A stretch of 63,688 nt of DNA, counting the filler, from Thraustochytrium aureum (lineage: Eukaryota), in assembly GCA_012862495.1 (NCBI GenBank). It is 5 parts of 3 records of this genome, joined end to end, with 100 filler letters (N's around TTAATTAATTAA, not from the genome) between each part and the next. Parts side by side here need not be neighbours in the genome. Positions count along the whole stretch, not along the records: positions 62,182 to 63,688 come from BLSG01000302.1; 4 more parts are not named here. The stretch is one strand, 5' to 3'. Below the pieces are notes generated by a model, which saw only the letters and a list, made by a program, of their open reading frames with translations, ran no database searches and had not been told where the DNA came from. Positions 63,345 through 63,688 of this stretch are shown one piece after another; position 1 is the stretch's first letter; each line of letters starts with the position of its first letter. Position numbers and translations under genes: made by a program.

Positions 63345-63688
63345 TCATATCAACGGAACGAGCACGCACCCAGCACCCAGTTCTTCCAGCGCACAAAGAC
63401 GGCAATCTTGGCGGAAACTCGCGTGCACCTTCAACATACCAACGGAAATATCCTCGGATGTCCACGTTGTGTCGCTGCGCGCCGTGTACGCGAGCCCGAG
63501 CGCTTGGCCCACAGCGCTATCCAGCAGACCCTGGACCATGCGTTGCTTGTCGGATATGCAGAGGGCAGGGAGCTCGTTGCGCACCGACTGTACGATATCC
63601 CCGATGAACGCCTTGTGCTTGCGGATCTCCTGTCGCAAGAGTTCGTTTTCCTTTTCAAGGTCAACTATCCCGCCACCACGCAAGCACT
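63345..63688 (-). CDS. Fragment of a coiled-coil/bZIP-like protein running in from the window edge
   Basis: DLEKENELLRQEI zipper-like segment followed by helical LDSAVGQALGLAYT. The frame degrades after about 63400. Confidence 0.5.
   Translation of the reverse strand, partial: CLRGGGIVDLEKENELLRQEIRKHKAFIGDIVQSVRNELPALCISDKQRMVQGLLDSAVGQALGLAYTARSDTTWTSEDISVGMLKVHASFRQDCRLCALEELGAGCVLVPLI

Overview
GC-rich (roughly 60-65% by eye), intron-poor eukaryotic nuclear DNA, probably a heterotrophic stramenopile (labyrinthulomycete/thraustochytrid-like; taxonomy is inference). It is a gappy draft. Four artificial N44-TTAATTAATTAA-N44 spacers split the window into five pieces (1-21706, 21807-39331, 39432-56853, 56954-62081, 62182-63688), so gene order across them is not evidence. 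About 16 single-base frameshifts, mostly in homopolymers, break otherwise intact genes and look like sequencing errors. Recognisable genes: temptin-domain membrane protein, CNBD-type K+ channel, VAC14, reticulon, 4xEF-hand protein, CAMK-like kinase with C-terminal cNMP-binding domains, BBOX/TMLH-type dioxygenase, PH+CAMK kinase, EsV-1-7-repeat protein, CIAO1, urocanate hydratase, PuuC-like ALDH, SET protein, GST-like protein, glycosyltransferase(s), ARM-like protein, SNF1/AMPK alpha, pyruvate kinase, PH-TPR protein and a bZIP-like fragment. The best novelty candidate is an uninterrupted 1050-aa ORF (33299-36451, -) that appears to fuse MOB1, RhoGEF(DH), PH-like and TIR domains and sits downstream of helically phased A-tracts. 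Next are an EsV-1-7 zinc-finger + leucine zipper + Gln-rich putative transcription factor, and a kinase with a reversed-PKG layout. No rRNA, tRNA, CRISPR or transposase was recognised. All domain calls are by-eye motif recognition without database searches.
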